From the NCBI GenBank assembly GCA_035221665.1, contig CM069162.1:24242001-24306000 (forward strand): 64,000 bases of DNA. Reading direction: 5' to 3'. The translations under genes and the position numbers were made by a program. The notes under the pieces were generated by a model. That model was not told the DNA's origin. It did no database searches and saw only the letters and a list, made by a program, of their open reading frames with translations. Positions 50,130-63,784 of this stretch are shown piece by piece; the first letter of the stretch is position 1, and every line of letters starts with the position of its first letter. Origin of the DNA: Okamejei kenojei. Taxonomy: Eukaryota.

Positions 50130-51609
50130 TTCCTCGACCGTAGAACAAGCCAATTTCCATCTACTAATACTATCCTCCGCCTGGCAGAGCTGGTCTTTAC
50201 CCTCAACAACTTCTCCTTTGCCTCCTCGCACTTTCTCCAAATCCAAGGCGTAGCTGTGGGCACTCGCATGGGGCCCAGGTATGCCTGCCTCCTTGTTGGG
50301 TACGTCGAACAATCACTGTTCCAGGCGTACACTGGCCCTATTCCCGAACTCCACCTCCGCTACATTAATGACTGCATCGGTGCTGCCTCCTGCACCCATG
50401 CAGAACTCACTGACTTCATCAACTTCACGACTAATTTCCATCCTGCACTCAAATTCACTTGGACCATCTCTGACATCTCCCTACCGTTTTTGGATCTCAC
50501 CGTCTTCATCACAGGAGTCAGACTATTGACCGACATTTACTACAAACCTACCGACTCCCATAGCTATCTAGACAACATTTCTTCCCACCCTGCTTCCTGT
50601 AAAGACTCTATCCCCTACTCCCAATTCCTACGTCTACGCCGCATCTGCGCCCAGGATGAGGTTTTCCATACTCGATCATCAGAGATATCCTCATTCTTTA
50701 GGAAACGAGTTCCCCTCTTCCATTGTTGATGAGGCTCTCACTAGGGTCTCCTTGATATCTCGCAACTCCGCTCTTACTCCCCCTCTCCCCATTCGCAACA
50801 AGGACAGGTCCCCCTTGTCCTCACTCTCCACCCCATCAGCCGTCGCATTTAATCCTCCAACATTTTCGCCACCTCCAAAGCGATCCCACTACTGGCCACA
50901 TCTTCCCATCTCCACCCCTTTCCCTCCACATCTCCCTGGTCAACTCATCCCTTCCTACCCAAACCACCCACTCCCCAGGTACTTTCCCTTGCAACTGCAA
51001 GAGATGCAACACCCGTCCCTTTACCTCCCCCCATCGACTCCATCCAAGGATTCCGACAGTTTTTTCAGGTGAGGCAGAGGTCCACTTGCACCTCCTCCAA
51101 CCTCAGCTACTGGATCCGCTGTTCCAGGTGTCAACCTCTGTACATAGGCGAGACCAAGTGGCGACCCGGCGATCATTTCGCTGAACACCTCCGCTCAGTC
51201 CTGATCTCCTGATTGCTCAGCACTTTAACTCCCCCTCCCATTCCCAATCTGACCTTTCTGTCCTGGACCTCCTCCATTGTCAGAGTGAGGCCCAGTGCAA
51301 ATTGGAGGAACAGCACATCATATTTCGCTTGGGTAGCTTACACCCCAGCGGTATGAACATTGACTTGTCTAACTTCAAATAGCCCTTGCTTTCCCTCTCT
51401 CTCCACCCCCACCCCCTTCCCAGTTCTCTCACCAGTCTCACTATCTCTGACTGCCTTTGTCCTGCCCACTCCTCTGACATCAGTCTGAAGAGTCTCGACC
51501 CAAAATGTCACCCATCCCTTCTCTCCAGAGATGCTGCCTGTCCCGCTGAGCTACTCCAGAATTTTGTGTCTACCTACGATTTAAACCAGCATCTGCAGTT
51601 CTTTCCAAC
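50130..51609 (+). mobile_element. Penelope-like retroelement, 5'-truncated (RT, GIY-YIG endonuclease, terminal repeat)
   Basis: ORF 50052-50729: 'NNFSF..SHFLQIQGVAVGTRMGPRYACL...LRYINDC...FLDL...YYKPTD...SSHP...SIPYSQFLRLRRIC'; downstream 'YWIRCSRCQPLYIGETK' (GIY-YIG). Candidate TSD ACAGAC at 50124-50129 / 51610-51615. Catalytic YIDD is decayed to YIND. Confidence 0.95.
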
Positions 51610-52837
51610 ACAGACATCAATTCACTCTCTCTAGCTTCCCCTAATCCTTTGAAAGTGATCTTCAAAATGGTCCTTCAACCAATAGTTCAGTAAAGAAAAT
51701 AAACTCTCTTTTTCATCTAATAGTTGACAAGAAGAAGAAAATATGGAAACTATTTATAACTGCGGGGGAATGGACAGAGGGAACTAACTATCAGCAGGGA
51801 TTTCATTCTAATAATTTAACAGTTCTGCAATAACAGCAATCAGTGCTGAGCATGCAGTATTAATCCCCTCCCATCGAAGAAAATGTGACCTCAGCTAGAC
51901 TTAATTTTCAATTGATGCTCAGTGTTAGCAGCGAAATTTTCCATTTGTTTCCAATCTGTGTTTCCAGACTCCATGTTGTGATCTTGAGGTGTGATTTCAC
52001 ATTTGAAAATTACCTAACATCAGTTTAATCTGTCATAATTTTGGCAGCTCTATTCTCCCACTTCTTCCTCACTGCCTTGAACACAAGAATCCTAATTCAT
52101 GTTTCCCAGCAGTGTCTCCACCCTCCTCCAATCTGAAATCAATGAGGCTTTTTAAAATGCCGGTTTGATAGCATTAACTGGGTGCATGTGCATAAGGGTG
52201 TGGACAGCTCTCATTTGGAAAAAGGAAAAGAACCATGGCAATTCACAGCACAGAAGGGCGGCGTTCAGCTGGAATATGGTTTTAAGGGGCTAGTCACTGT
52301 CCAATACTTTGTCAAAATGACTCCTCTCTCAGGTGTCTGTCTCAACACCCAGCAGGACTCACATATCATTCTTCATTAACAACCAAAATAATGTCTGCAC
52401 ATTTCCCAGCTTTAAATCAAGGGTGCCGAGAGCAACAAAACATGTCGCAATAAAAAAAATGTTTAGATTAATAGCATCTGTTAGCATTTGCTGTGCAGCC
52501 CTTTAAGCGATGACATTCCTGCTATCATCCCAAGTATTTTTTATTTTAAATGTGATGATGATTTCCACATCCACCATCTATTTGGCCAATACATCCCTGA
52601 CTCCCTCCACTGTTTTGGATTTGTTTTTCCTCATCTTCCATTTATTTTTTAGGTCTTAAACCTACGCTTTCAAGCCACTGACCTCTCTGCAAAGGGGAAT
52701 TCTTCCTTTCAGTTTACCCTTTGTAGATGTTGAATAATTTTACTTTAAATCTTTGGATTCAAAGATCGTTCAACAAATCCCTCTACAGAACAAGCAATAT
52801 CTTCATGAGATTCACCTTGGCTCTCAGTTTAACATCA

Positions 52838-53190
52838 TTGCATTTGTGTTACAACCTCAGGATGTCACTAGGCAATCTGTAGCCAGTTGAGTATGTCTGA
52901 AATGTAAATAATCAGTACACAACAAGCACTGACAGATAGCCATGGAGAATGTACTATTTTAGTGATGTCGGTTTGAGGAGTATATGTATTGATCAGCCCT
53001 TCTTAAAAACTTTTAATTCCACCTAAGGGAATGGTTAAATGTATTTGAAAGACAGCACCACCAAAAGTGTACTCCATCGGTATTGCACTGGAATTGTCAG
53101 CTAGATTTGCTTGCTTATGTCTGCAATGTGCAGCTGGAATCCATGAAAAGAGAATGCTATCCAATGAACCACATCGGAGGACAGTCCACA
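52838..53190 (-). mobile_element. Old DeuSINE-like relic
   Basis: TTGCATTT..ACAACCTCAGGATGTCAC...TTTTAGTGATGTCGGTTTGAGG...GAAAGACAGCACC..AGTGTACTCCATCGGTATTGCACTGGAATTGTCAGCTAGATT. Confidence 0.6.
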
Positions 53191-55095
53191 TAAAACACAA
53201 GATCAGCGGGAACAGACTTGCTCAAATCAACACCCAGAGCAGTCTTAATGCAGTTTTATAATTAAATACTGGCTGGTTATGGGCAAAAGTTCCAAAGGGG
53301 TCAGAAGACTGCTGCTGCCAGAAGTTAACTAACGGATCAGCCACATTCACATTTAAACGCCAAGCAGGCTCAAGGGACCACACAAGCCGCCTTCTCCTCC
53401 TACATTCTTACTTTTGACACAAATGTGAACTGCATCTTAATGTTAGAAGTCCGTAGATGGTGTTGGAGGGAGGAGGCAGGAGAAACACGTCCCCGAGAGC
53501 CTATTTGTTCCATTTCTAGTAGAGGTCACTGGATAATGATTGGGAACAGGAATGATGCCTGCAGTATTCCTCGCTTTAAACCCAAGATGCTGATCCCCAT
53601 TACGACAGCAACATTCAGATTAATACAATGGTCCAAACTGTGTACAAAAAAGGCTTCAGACACAAACCATCCTGTGAATATGATTAAGCTATATAATAGA
53701 CAAATAAATTACTAATAAAGCACATAGACTTAAAAAATGTGCAGCCAAATGCATAATCGTCCATGCCTGCATTGCCATGTTCCCACCAACATCTGCCTCA
53801 GTTACCTTCTTACCATTAGTTTGTTCCATACCCTCCTGGCAGAGGACTGATTCTTTTGAAATAAATCACTGAGCATTGTGCTACTGCACTTAGCACAGAA
53901 GATGAGGCACATTGCGACGTCCTGTACTGACAATAAAAACTACAGGGATTCTGAACTTCATTTCAACAGAGCACCCGGCTTGAGGTCAATAATAGGAATC
54001 TAAGAATGAACTATCACCTGTTAAAATTGTTGTTTAACTGAAACAAAAAGTGACAAACATCTCTTAGCAGAGGATAACTTACCTCAGAGGCAAGACCATC
54101 AGCAGATGATAGCAACGGAGATTACGAATCATTGCATGTTATCATTTATCAGGTCCTGATGACTCCAGTGGTTAAAGCTGCCTGTAGTTGAGCCACAGAG
54201 ACCTGCAGGTTCAAGGTTCAACTTCCAGTGTGTGATGGGTGAAATCTCAACCAGGGCAGCAGTAGGCCCACGTTAAAAATGGTCTCCCTTGCATTAGGTA
54301 AGGAAATAAAACGAACGTTGCATTTCCTGCTCCCCTGATCATAATCCTGAAAAATACCCTTGTATCAGAACAGGAGTGGTCTCAGTATGTGATCACCAAA
54401 CTTTAACACACTCTCACCAACAATCCAAATACAAACATCAAGAATGGTCACTTGGAAAAAGGACTGGCATCCAACTTTGCACGTCAAATAACAAAACAGC
54501 AAAAGTAATGGCTGCAGAAGAAAGGGTGAGAGAGGTCCCTGGGAGGAAGTTGGGAAAAAATAAAATTGTTGAGTTGCTTAGATTGGGTCTCAGTTCAGCA
54601 ATGCCACATGTCCTTTAGTCCACAAAGAATATGATGACTTGGGTGACTGATGACAAAATAATCTTCACTGAAATATAGATTGGTAACGCTATTAAATTAT
54701 TCACTCACAGTACACAGAGTGGACACCTGACTGAAATTCAATTAAGCTGTTCTGGGTGGCTCATATCTTGAGGAAAGGTAACTGAGTGATGGCTTGAAAT
54801 TAATCAAAAAACATATTAACAATATATATCCTGAAAGGAGGTGTGGGCTGGGTTGAGGATGTTTATCACCATTTCAGTTCAGACCCTACAACAGAACTGA
54901 CAAACAGTTTTTATTACAGAGCAGAAAGTGACAAATTTAATCCATAATAAGAATTTGGACAAAGAAGAGGAGCGAGCAGATGAGGAGAGGCGGCCACAAT
55001 TGTCATGTAACTTCGAGTTAGCACAAGGACTTGGACCACACAAGGAAACTGAGTAGCAGGTGGAGATAGATGTTGCTATCATTATATACCTGGGT

Positions 55096-55231
55096 CTTCT
55101 TCTTCTTGCGTATGGCGTGCACAGCTTAAAGTTGCAGGACAACTTGTTCTATTTGATCTTATTTGATTGTGCACGCCAGGTTGATTGCATTCGTCAAAAC
55201 TGGGCGGACCACGTGAAGGTTGCAATCTCCA
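55096..55231 (-). mobile_element. Second copy of the HDV-ribozyme-headed retroposon (truncated inside P1)
   Basis: Colinear with 22035-22172; (GAA)n tail; candidate TSD TGGGT at 55091-55095 / 55232-55236. Confidence 0.9.
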
Positions 55232-57665
55232 TGGGTATAGACCTACGAACACGTCATCTGTTCACCCCTTCAGACCAGCAAATGGTGTGGACAAAAATGA
55301 CACAAAGGGGAAAAAAGTCACGGAGTTATAGAACATATAACATTGAGATCTCATTGGTCCCAGGGTGTAGTGTTTTGCGAAAGTCACTGAATACACATGG
55401 GAACTCGCATTTTACCTGCAGTTTAATATATCTGAATATTTAAGTAGTCATAACAAGCCTCAATAAATCATTCAAGTCTTGAAAAAGCTCAACTGTCACT
55501 ATGTTGTTAAAATACCACTTTTCTGGATGCAAAGAGAAAAATGGTTGGTGTGATTTAGATCGAAGAGATAAGCAGGCAACTGAGAGTGCTGACAGGCACA
55601 AAAATCCAACAAAAAGCTGTTAGCAACGCATAAAGATTCAACTGTTCTGGATAAGCTTCCTCTGACTGGGTAGCAGTTCCTGAACAGAGTGAGGAGGAGT
55701 AAACAAAGGAAAATAAAGCAAAGTACAGGGGTTCCGAGATTTGGCTCACAGCCCCCTCGCAAAGGTAAAATCAGGAATTGACAAATGTCAGGTAAAACCC
55801 ATGTTCTACGAAAAGGTCGATAAACACGGTGGGAATGACAGGCTGCCAAAGGTCTTGCCAGCCCGAGGAGCATGTGAAAATTATAGGACATCATGTAACA
55901 TTGAAGTGCTTTGAAATTTTAGGTCAGTGGGGATAAACCAAGCATGCATTCAGCTACCCCGCATGGCCGATATACCATTGGCCAACCTCTGTGAGCCAAA
56001 ATGCAGTGAAATATCCCGAGACAGGGAAGAACCAAGCTACTGGAATGTCTATGGTAATCCTGCCAGGCCTTGTGATGGAGCACGTTATGGGAACATAAAG
56101 AAACGGAGAAGATGTTTAAAACAGATAGTAACATTTTGCAAAACCTACTTCAGTTCTCAGGATCTGAAATTTACATTTAATTTGCTGTACAGATGGTAAA
56201 TTGTTTATATAAAAAAAACAATGTAGGAGGATTCTGGTTGATGAGAAATCCGAGTGAAAGGCTGAATCTGCGAGTGTAGGCTTGTAACAGGACATAGCAG
56301 AGGAAGGCGGAGGTGTGATAGATCGACAAGTGGTGATTAGGTAACGGCAAGTACTGCGTCAGAAATGCTAATGTGAAAGGAAGGAAGTCCTGAGGCTGGT
56401 GGCGAGTTCCACTGTTTTCAAAGTCAAGAGTTGGGTGAGTTTGAAAAATAAGTGGTGAGTTTTGAATGTAACATAATGTGGATGGGAATAGGGAAAGAAA
56501 GGTGAGCTGTGGAATTCACCTTCAATGGGAATGTTTAAGGGAAATACTGATCAAATTGTTCATTTAAATTGTGACATTCATTGAATGCAATGTAACATTT
56601 CTGGGATGTTTTTAAGCTGAAAAGGAGCAAACTACCCATTCATTGCTGCCCATTGTTTGGTATAAATTCAGTAGCAGTCTTTCAAGGGTTTTGGATTCAT
56701 TAGGCTGCACAAATCATGCAGTCTGGCATTGTATTCTGCAAATCCCCGAGCCCCTTGGCAATATGAACTCACTTTGCCTCTGCTGTCCTTTCAGCACTTG
56801 GCAATGACACTGCAGAGCACAATGATATGTCCACAGAAAGTAATAACAGAAAGTTATGTCCACAGAATTATCTTGTGCATCTGACTGCACACACAAATAT
56901 ACATACACTTAGGACACAAGCAAATTCTGCCCCGTTCATTGGCTCAAACTCCTATATACCCAATTTCTTGCAACCTCTCCGATTCAGTTTATTATCCCTC
57001 CATCTCTTTTTGCCAGTTTGTAATTTACTCTCCATCACAGTCAATGTCATGTTTATGAAGGAATGAGAATACATTTCCAAGAGAGGGTGGTGTATGAATT
57101 GGAGGTCACAATGGTCACATGCACCTGACATGTTGCTGATAGAGGTCGACACGCTGGGAAGATTTCACTGAAGCAGCTTTAGCAAGTTTGTGCAGAGCAT
57201 CTAGGAAACAGTTAACAGAGCACTGGTGACAGAGGGAGTGATAGTCTAAGGTGGTGGAAGGAGTGTCAATTAAGCTGCTGCATCGTCCCAGACGATGTTG
57301 AGCCTTTTTTGGTGTTAGATGTACCTGGTGAGTGAGCAGAAAATGGCCATGTGTATATTTCTAGACTTTGTGAGGGAGGGTTCAGAATCCAAGTGCTTCT
57401 GTCCAGTGCGAGATGCTGACCCAAAGCCCCTATCTCTGGCAAAACATGAGGTGGAACCTTGGTGTGCGTGAACGTGACAACAATCTTCCTCCCTTCGTGG
57501 GGAAATCTTTTGGAAGAGCAAACTGCTGGAGTATTCGGTCTTCATGAGGTGGGTTTCACTATCAAGTTGATCATGGATAAGTCAATGTCTCATGGATACT
57601 CCATTCCATTCCAATAGAGAACCATTTTGCTTTGATTATTACATCCAAGCCTGGAAGCTATGAAT

Positions 57666-57952
57666 ATAACCATATAACCATATAACAATTACAGCACGGA
57701 AACAGGCCCTCTCGGCCCTTCCAGTCCGTGCCGACCATTTGTTTTCCCCTAGTCCCATCTACCTGCACTCAGACCATACCCCTCCATTCCCTTCACGTCC
57801 ATATACCTATCCACTTTACTCTTAAATGTTAAAATCCATCCTGCCTCCACCACTTCTGCTGGAAGCTGATTCCACACAGCCACCACCCTCTGAGTAAAGA
57901 AGTTCCCCCTCACGTTACCCGAAACCTCTGTCCCTTAATTCTCATGTCATGA
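57666..57952 (-). mobile_element. CR1 3' fragment, same subfamily as 42049-43250
   Basis: Nearly identical to 42049-42333, including the ACCATATA tail repeats. Confidence 0.93.
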
Positions 57953-58925
57953 ATATGATCAAAGAGATTTTTACTTAAACCTTGAGAAAACCTTCAGCTG
58001 CATGCATTGCAGGTGAAGACATATTGTTTCTCCTACATAACACCAATGCCAGAACAAGAATGGATGCAAATTTCTGGAAAGGTTAAATTGACAAGGGAAG
58101 GTGACTCCAGTGGTGTCCTTGTCCTGACAAAATGCTCGGAGCATGACTTTTTCCATAAGGAACACGTTATGTGGCCAGACACACAATTATAAGACCTCAT
58201 GGCAAAACCCTTAATCTACAGACTGGTACTGTCAGCTTACATCACAGCCAGGTGAGAGACCACAAGCATATCCACATCACCTGCGACATGACAGGTACCA
58301 AAAACTTTTAGACTGATTACAGAAACGTACTCAGTTATTTCCATTAGCCAGGTCCTTAACCAATGCTGACCACCGAGATTATCTCTCCAGAAAGTTAATG
58401 TTGAATGTGTCATGGATGTTGCAAAAACACTTTTCTCAGATAATGCCTCTCATTCAATCTGATGATTCTCAACCAATAAAAGTTGCAATGCCCTCTGTCC
58501 AGAGCTATCTTGAACTTTACCATAATGAGCACTTCTGAACAGCCTCTTGGTTTCTTGAAAATAAATAGTTGGGACTGCTTTAATGAGAGTAATCAAGAGA
58601 TCCAGGAGCTAATCAACATCAAAAGCAAGATATTCCTGGATTGGAAAGTCCACCGCACACATGGGGAAAATGAACAGCTCAACAGGCACCTGAAGGTTCA
58701 CAGAGATTCAGTCTTCGAATGAAAATAAGCAAAGAGTGCAGGACGACCAGCAACTCAACAATAACCAGGAAGTACTGTTTTTTTAGTGTCAATGCCATTC
58801 ACAGCCTAGACCCCACGTCAATCAGAGCCATGAATGGTTATGAGCTTTGTTTTGTAGCCATTGCAGCATTGGCTGGATAAAAAGCATTTCCAAGAATTCC
58901 CCAACTGAGATGCTATGTGTGATGA

Positions 58926-59020
58926 CAGAAGAAGGGTTCCGACCCAAAACATCACCTGTTCCTTTCCTCCAGAGATGCTGCCTGACCCACTGAGTTACTC
59001 CAGCATTTTGTGTCCATCTT
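58926..59020 (+). mobile_element. Penelope-type terminal repeat (solo)
   Basis: GAAGAAGGGTTCCGACCCAAAACATCACC...CCAGAGATGCTGCCTGACCCACTGAGTTACTCCAGCATTTTGTGTC. Confidence 0.8.
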
Positions 59021-60140
59021 TGCTATGTGTGATGACCTGGTCCATTCCAGCTGTCACACCAAACTTACAAGATCATTATAGTGTTGGAAATATGGTCAAT
59101 TAATTGTAAGATCTCATCAGCAACAATAGATTAATGACCCCACAATCTATTTTAGTTGCACAGGTTGATGGATAAATAATGGCCTGGGACATTGAAAAGA
59201 ACCATTCTTCTTCAATATAGTGGCATGAGATCTTTTACTTCCATCTTAGAGGATGGAAGTAAGTCTCAGTTTAATATTTAATTTGAAAGAAAAGTCTTAA
59301 TATCTTTCAAATTCCAGATGCATGAAGGATAAATCATTTGGATGCAGACATACACAGCCAAGGGATGTCACATGCGCACAAAATCAGGTTGCACAGAAGG
59401 GGGCCTGCGATCCATGGTGCTTGTGCTGGATCTTTGAAAGAGCTATCCAATTAGTCCCACACCCTGCTCCTTCTCCGCAGCCATGAACAAGATTCCCTTC
59501 AAGTATTTCTTCAATTTCCTTTTGGAAGTTACTATCAAATCTATTTCTCCTGTTCTTACAGGCAGTGTGATCCACTGAAGCCACAAAATACAAAAAACTT
59601 TCCTCAAGTCCCACTACCCTGGCTCTTCTGTCAATTAACTTCAATCTCCGTCTTCTGGTGACTGATCCTCCTGCTTTTTGCAAGATGGGAACCGACAACA
59701 CCATGAAATACACTAGTCGTAACTGAGGTCTGAAAATTCAATTGCTTTTACATCGCATATGTAGGAGGGCATCCAGAAATGCTGCAACTTAAGGGGTTGA
59801 CAATAACAAAAAATGGAACATTGTAGATCTTACCACTTGAATGGGAAATGTACACGGTATATATTTGTTCACTTGCTCTACCTTTGTGTTGCCCAGTACT
59901 ATTGACCAATAAGACTATATTGAAGCTGTGTCAATATCAAAACGAGTCCTTGAATATTACTCAGTGTGGGGAAAAAAAAATATCATTCTTGCTTCTGTAT
60001 CCAATTCCTCTTGCTACCAAAGCCAGCAATTACACTTTACCTTCCTATCCACCTACTGTACCTGCATGCTTACTTTCATTGACTGGTGTACTAAGACACC
60101 CAGTTCCTTATATCTTACCATTCAACTAACAATCTGCATT

Positions 60141-60383
60141 AGAGACAAAATACTGGAGTAACTCAGCGGGACAGGCAGCATCTCTGGATAGAAGGAATGG
60201 GTGACGTTTTGGGTTGAGACCCATCTTCAGTCCGAAGAAGGGTCTCGACCAGGAGAGTCTGAAGAAGGGTCTTGACCCAAAACGTCACCCATTCCTTCTT
60301 TCCAGAGATGCTGCCTGCCCCGCTGAGTTACTCCCGCATTTTGTGTCTCTCTTCGGTGCAAACCAGCATCTGCAGCTCCTTCC
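60141..60383. mobile_element. Penelope-type terminal repeats, inverted pair with three hammerhead-like motifs at the centre
   Basis: Minus arm 60141-60230, partial motif 60232-60250, plus arm 60259-60383. Inserted in an old minus-strand CR1 relic (~60040-60560). Confidence 0.88.
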
Positions 60384-62738
60384 TATAACATAATAATCTG
60401 CTTTCCCGATTTTAACACCAAAGTAGATCATCTTGGAAATATCCACATTACACTGCATCTGCCATGCATTTGTCCACTCAGGCAACCAGTCGATATCACT
60501 GTGGAACCTCCCTATATTCCTGTCACAGCTCACATTTCCATCGTGCTTTGTGTTGTCCACAAACCTGGAGATATTATGGGTAATTTTAAAATCAGGAATA
60601 TATACCGTGAGTAGCTTTTATAGGTGTTTTTTATGTACCCTCCAAGCTGGCTCTCATACTCTATTTGTGTAGGTATTTTCCTTGGATCTGATACTATTTC
60701 TAATTTCCCTTGCTAGCTACAATGGAGCTACCCTTTCTGTATTACTTTTGTTGCATCCTTAAATGTTTGCCATTACTGATGAACTGTCAACGCCATGTGT
60801 AACGGTCACTCATCTATTTTAGTCAATCTATCTCAATATATACCTATGATTCAAAGTGTTTTGTAGTGGCCTGGCACCTGGAATGGATTAAACTATAAAC
60901 TTGCAGTTATACATCATGTTCAAAGATTCTGTTCGGTTGTTTGTACTGAACAACAAGATGATTTATGTTTATCAGTACTAAAAAGAGAATGTAAAGGATC
61001 TTGTCCAACTAATTTGTTCAAACTATACTTTGTGAAAGGTTTTGAGACCAGATATTGTCGTGGTTTGTTTAATGCATCTTTGGTATTTTAAGTAGTTCCA
61101 AGTGGGAATAAATCTGTTTTACAGGTCACAACGCTGTAAACATGGCTGGAGTGGTTGCGTTCGCCATATTTTGAAGTAATAGAACACCAGGCACTGTAAG
61201 ACGGTAGGTTTTTGAGCAGAACATGACATTACTCTCTGTACCCTATATTAAATGCTTAATGATAAATTTTAGATTAAAGAGAGTGCAGACACCCCTCTTA
61301 AAAGTGCTTTTTTATAGCAAGTACATGCACGAGGGATTGGGAATAAACCAGTAAGGTAAAACTCATGGTTTTGTACCTTTTAGTCAATGTTTGCTTTTCA
61401 AGAACTGTCACTGGTAACATGGAGAATCTCCACCTCTGCATCCAATCTCAGCTCATGCAGCAAAATAAAATATCGACATGGGTTTCGCATCTGAAGTGAA
61501 CTGTGTGAACTGCAGAACTATATAAGAAATGCTCACAAAGTTTTAGCAATGCCTGTGGCATGTACTCTGCCGATGAACTCCGATGCTGATGTCATTAAGC
61601 TGAATTCCTCAAACAGAATTCAAAATACTTCATTTAGCATAAATTGCATGCAGTTAATCCCTTTCAAAAAAGCTTTTGGATAGTAAAAAAAAAGAGGAAA
61701 AATCAATATTTATTTCACTTCTTAAACATCTATAGACTGATAAATAAAGATTGGAACATACAAATATGGTTAGGCAGAAATTGAATAATCATAATCAAAA
61801 TAAAATGTTACCTGACAATTTGCTGCATTTGGAAATATTTATCCAAAAATATTTATAGTCCTCACACAATAAAAATACTTTATGTTGCACCTGCACAGAA
61901 ATCACATAATTGCCATGACTTTCACAATTTAATGATAGCCAATGCTAGTAACACAATCTGGGCAACAAATATATTGATTCCAACAACATGTTATACTAAA
62001 TCTCAGGAGGTACATCCAGAATTGCATCTGTGGAATAATATTCCCCTTCCCAAGCCTGCCATCCTGCAACTTCTCTGGACAAGAATGACAATGAAATGCC
62101 TTTTCAGGTAGCTTGGTGTCATCAGATGCTCATTGAAACTTCCTGAACTCATTTTGCTCCCGACTCCAAATCATGACTGTTGCTGGAAACAATCCAAATG
62201 TAGAGATCATGGAAGGACAATTCGAAATTGGCCATTTAGCAAGCATCACTGAATGTCAAGGCTCAAACGTGAAGGTTAGCTACATTCGAGTGAGATACCA
62301 GGTAACTTGTACTTGCAAAATCATACTCAACAAAGAGACAACACCTTCAGGTCAGAAGGGAAGGGAAATAATCGACATAAATTCTGCTCAGGAAAACACA
62401 GTGGTTTTGTGATGTAAATCTTCCATTGCAGGTTTGGAGAGATAAGATGCACCCATTAACCTTCTGTGTTATTTTAAACTTGCTTACTTGAGCTGACAAG
62501 ACAAGTGAATGGTGGCTGTTATTTTGGCAAGGTGAATGCAAATCTTTTTCTCGAAAGGAAATTACTTCTTTCAACTGAATCTTATTAATCTAAATCAGTT
62601 GGTCAGACTGGTGTTCAGAATAAATAAGGAGCATGCCTTAATGCTGAAGGATTGCTGGCACCACACTCCAGTTCGAAAAATACTGAATTATTTCATCAAG
62701 AATTAAAGACAGGTTCGAGGACAGGCAAAATCTCTGGC

Positions 62739-62880
62739 AAGGAACTGCAGATGCTGGTTTACACCAAAGATAGACACAAAATGTTGTCTGAAGAAGGGTC
62801 TCGACCCGAAACATCTAACATTCCTTCTATGCAGAGATGCTGCCTGTCCTGCCGAGTTACTCCAGCATTTTGCGTCTATC
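62739..62880. mobile_element. Penelope-type terminal repeat, inverted junction
   Basis: AAGGAACTGCAGATGCTGGTTTACACCAAAGATAGACACAAAATG, then CTGAAGAAGGGTCTCGACCCGAAACATC...GAGTTACTCCAGCATTTTGCGTCTATC. Confidence 0.85.
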
Positions 62881-63784
62881 ATCTATGCAAGTACCCGTGA
62901 TGGGCCGGGCAATGTCTGCCGCTCGCTGCAATCTTCTGCAATCCTAGACATTTAAACTGCTGAACTAGGCCATGATGCAACCAGTCAGTACGATCTCTTC
63001 AATATTAACAGATATGAATGGCAATACAACCCTGGATTAGAATCGGATCTCAGTGTGCTCTCATGATGTCCGAAATTGCATTAAAAAATATTTGGTAATG
63101 AAGTGCAGTCAACGACATGGAAGACCACAGAACACCTAATCTAGGGACTGCAGTGTTTTGCAAACAGTTATGGCTGAGGAAATAACTTTGCCCAGTCTTC
63201 TGGGAAGACACCTTCCCCTCCCTTGGATGTGAAGGAACACCACCTCAGTTACACACTGAAGTGCCAACCTGAAATGGGAATTAAATGGGTCAAAAGAAGA
63301 TTTAATTGCTCTTAATCTGTGATTCTCAAAATTCAGTACTACGACTTGAACGGAATTCAGACAATGAATTTCAAAGCTTCCCTTTGACAAGCTTCCCAAG
63401 AACATTATGGTTGACATTCTGCGCCCAGCCACACCATTCCATGTGTTATCTTAGTGCCTCAGGCTGACTTTGTTTCAATATATCAAATAATAAAATCACA
63501 TCAACTGAATACCAACTTCAAAGAGCAAGACTTTTGCCCAGTTTAATAAATTAAAACCATCTGCGCATGACCAATACTTCCAACACAGCTTACACACACT
63601 AAAAGAAAATTACAAATCTGCAAACTCCAGTACTTTACACTGCTATGCCAAATGAATCAAATACTAATGAGGCTGAACAATATCCAGAGTGGGATTTTTT
63701 TTTAGAATCCCTGCGTAATAAATTTCAGGCTGCAAGCCAGATTGTTAACTTCAATTATCAAGCACAATATCGTTCGCCAAATGA

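Noticed and set aside
54083-54181. Minus-strand segment ending in a perfect GAG|GTAAGT donor
   Set aside because: All frames closed and the acceptor has no pyrimidine tract.
55741-55999. 11-bp inverted repeat TTGGCTCACAG ... CTGTGAGCCAA as MITE termini
   Set aside because: Too short, no TSD, compatible with chance.
58003-58192. Open frame after CATTGCAG (VKTYCFSYITPMPEQEW...)
   Set aside because: Weak acceptor, no recognisable protein, no partner exons.
62108-62412. ORF MTVAGNNPNVEIMEGQ... with CAG|GTAACT donor
   Set aside because: Unrecognised peptide with an in-frame stop shortly upstream; insufficient support.
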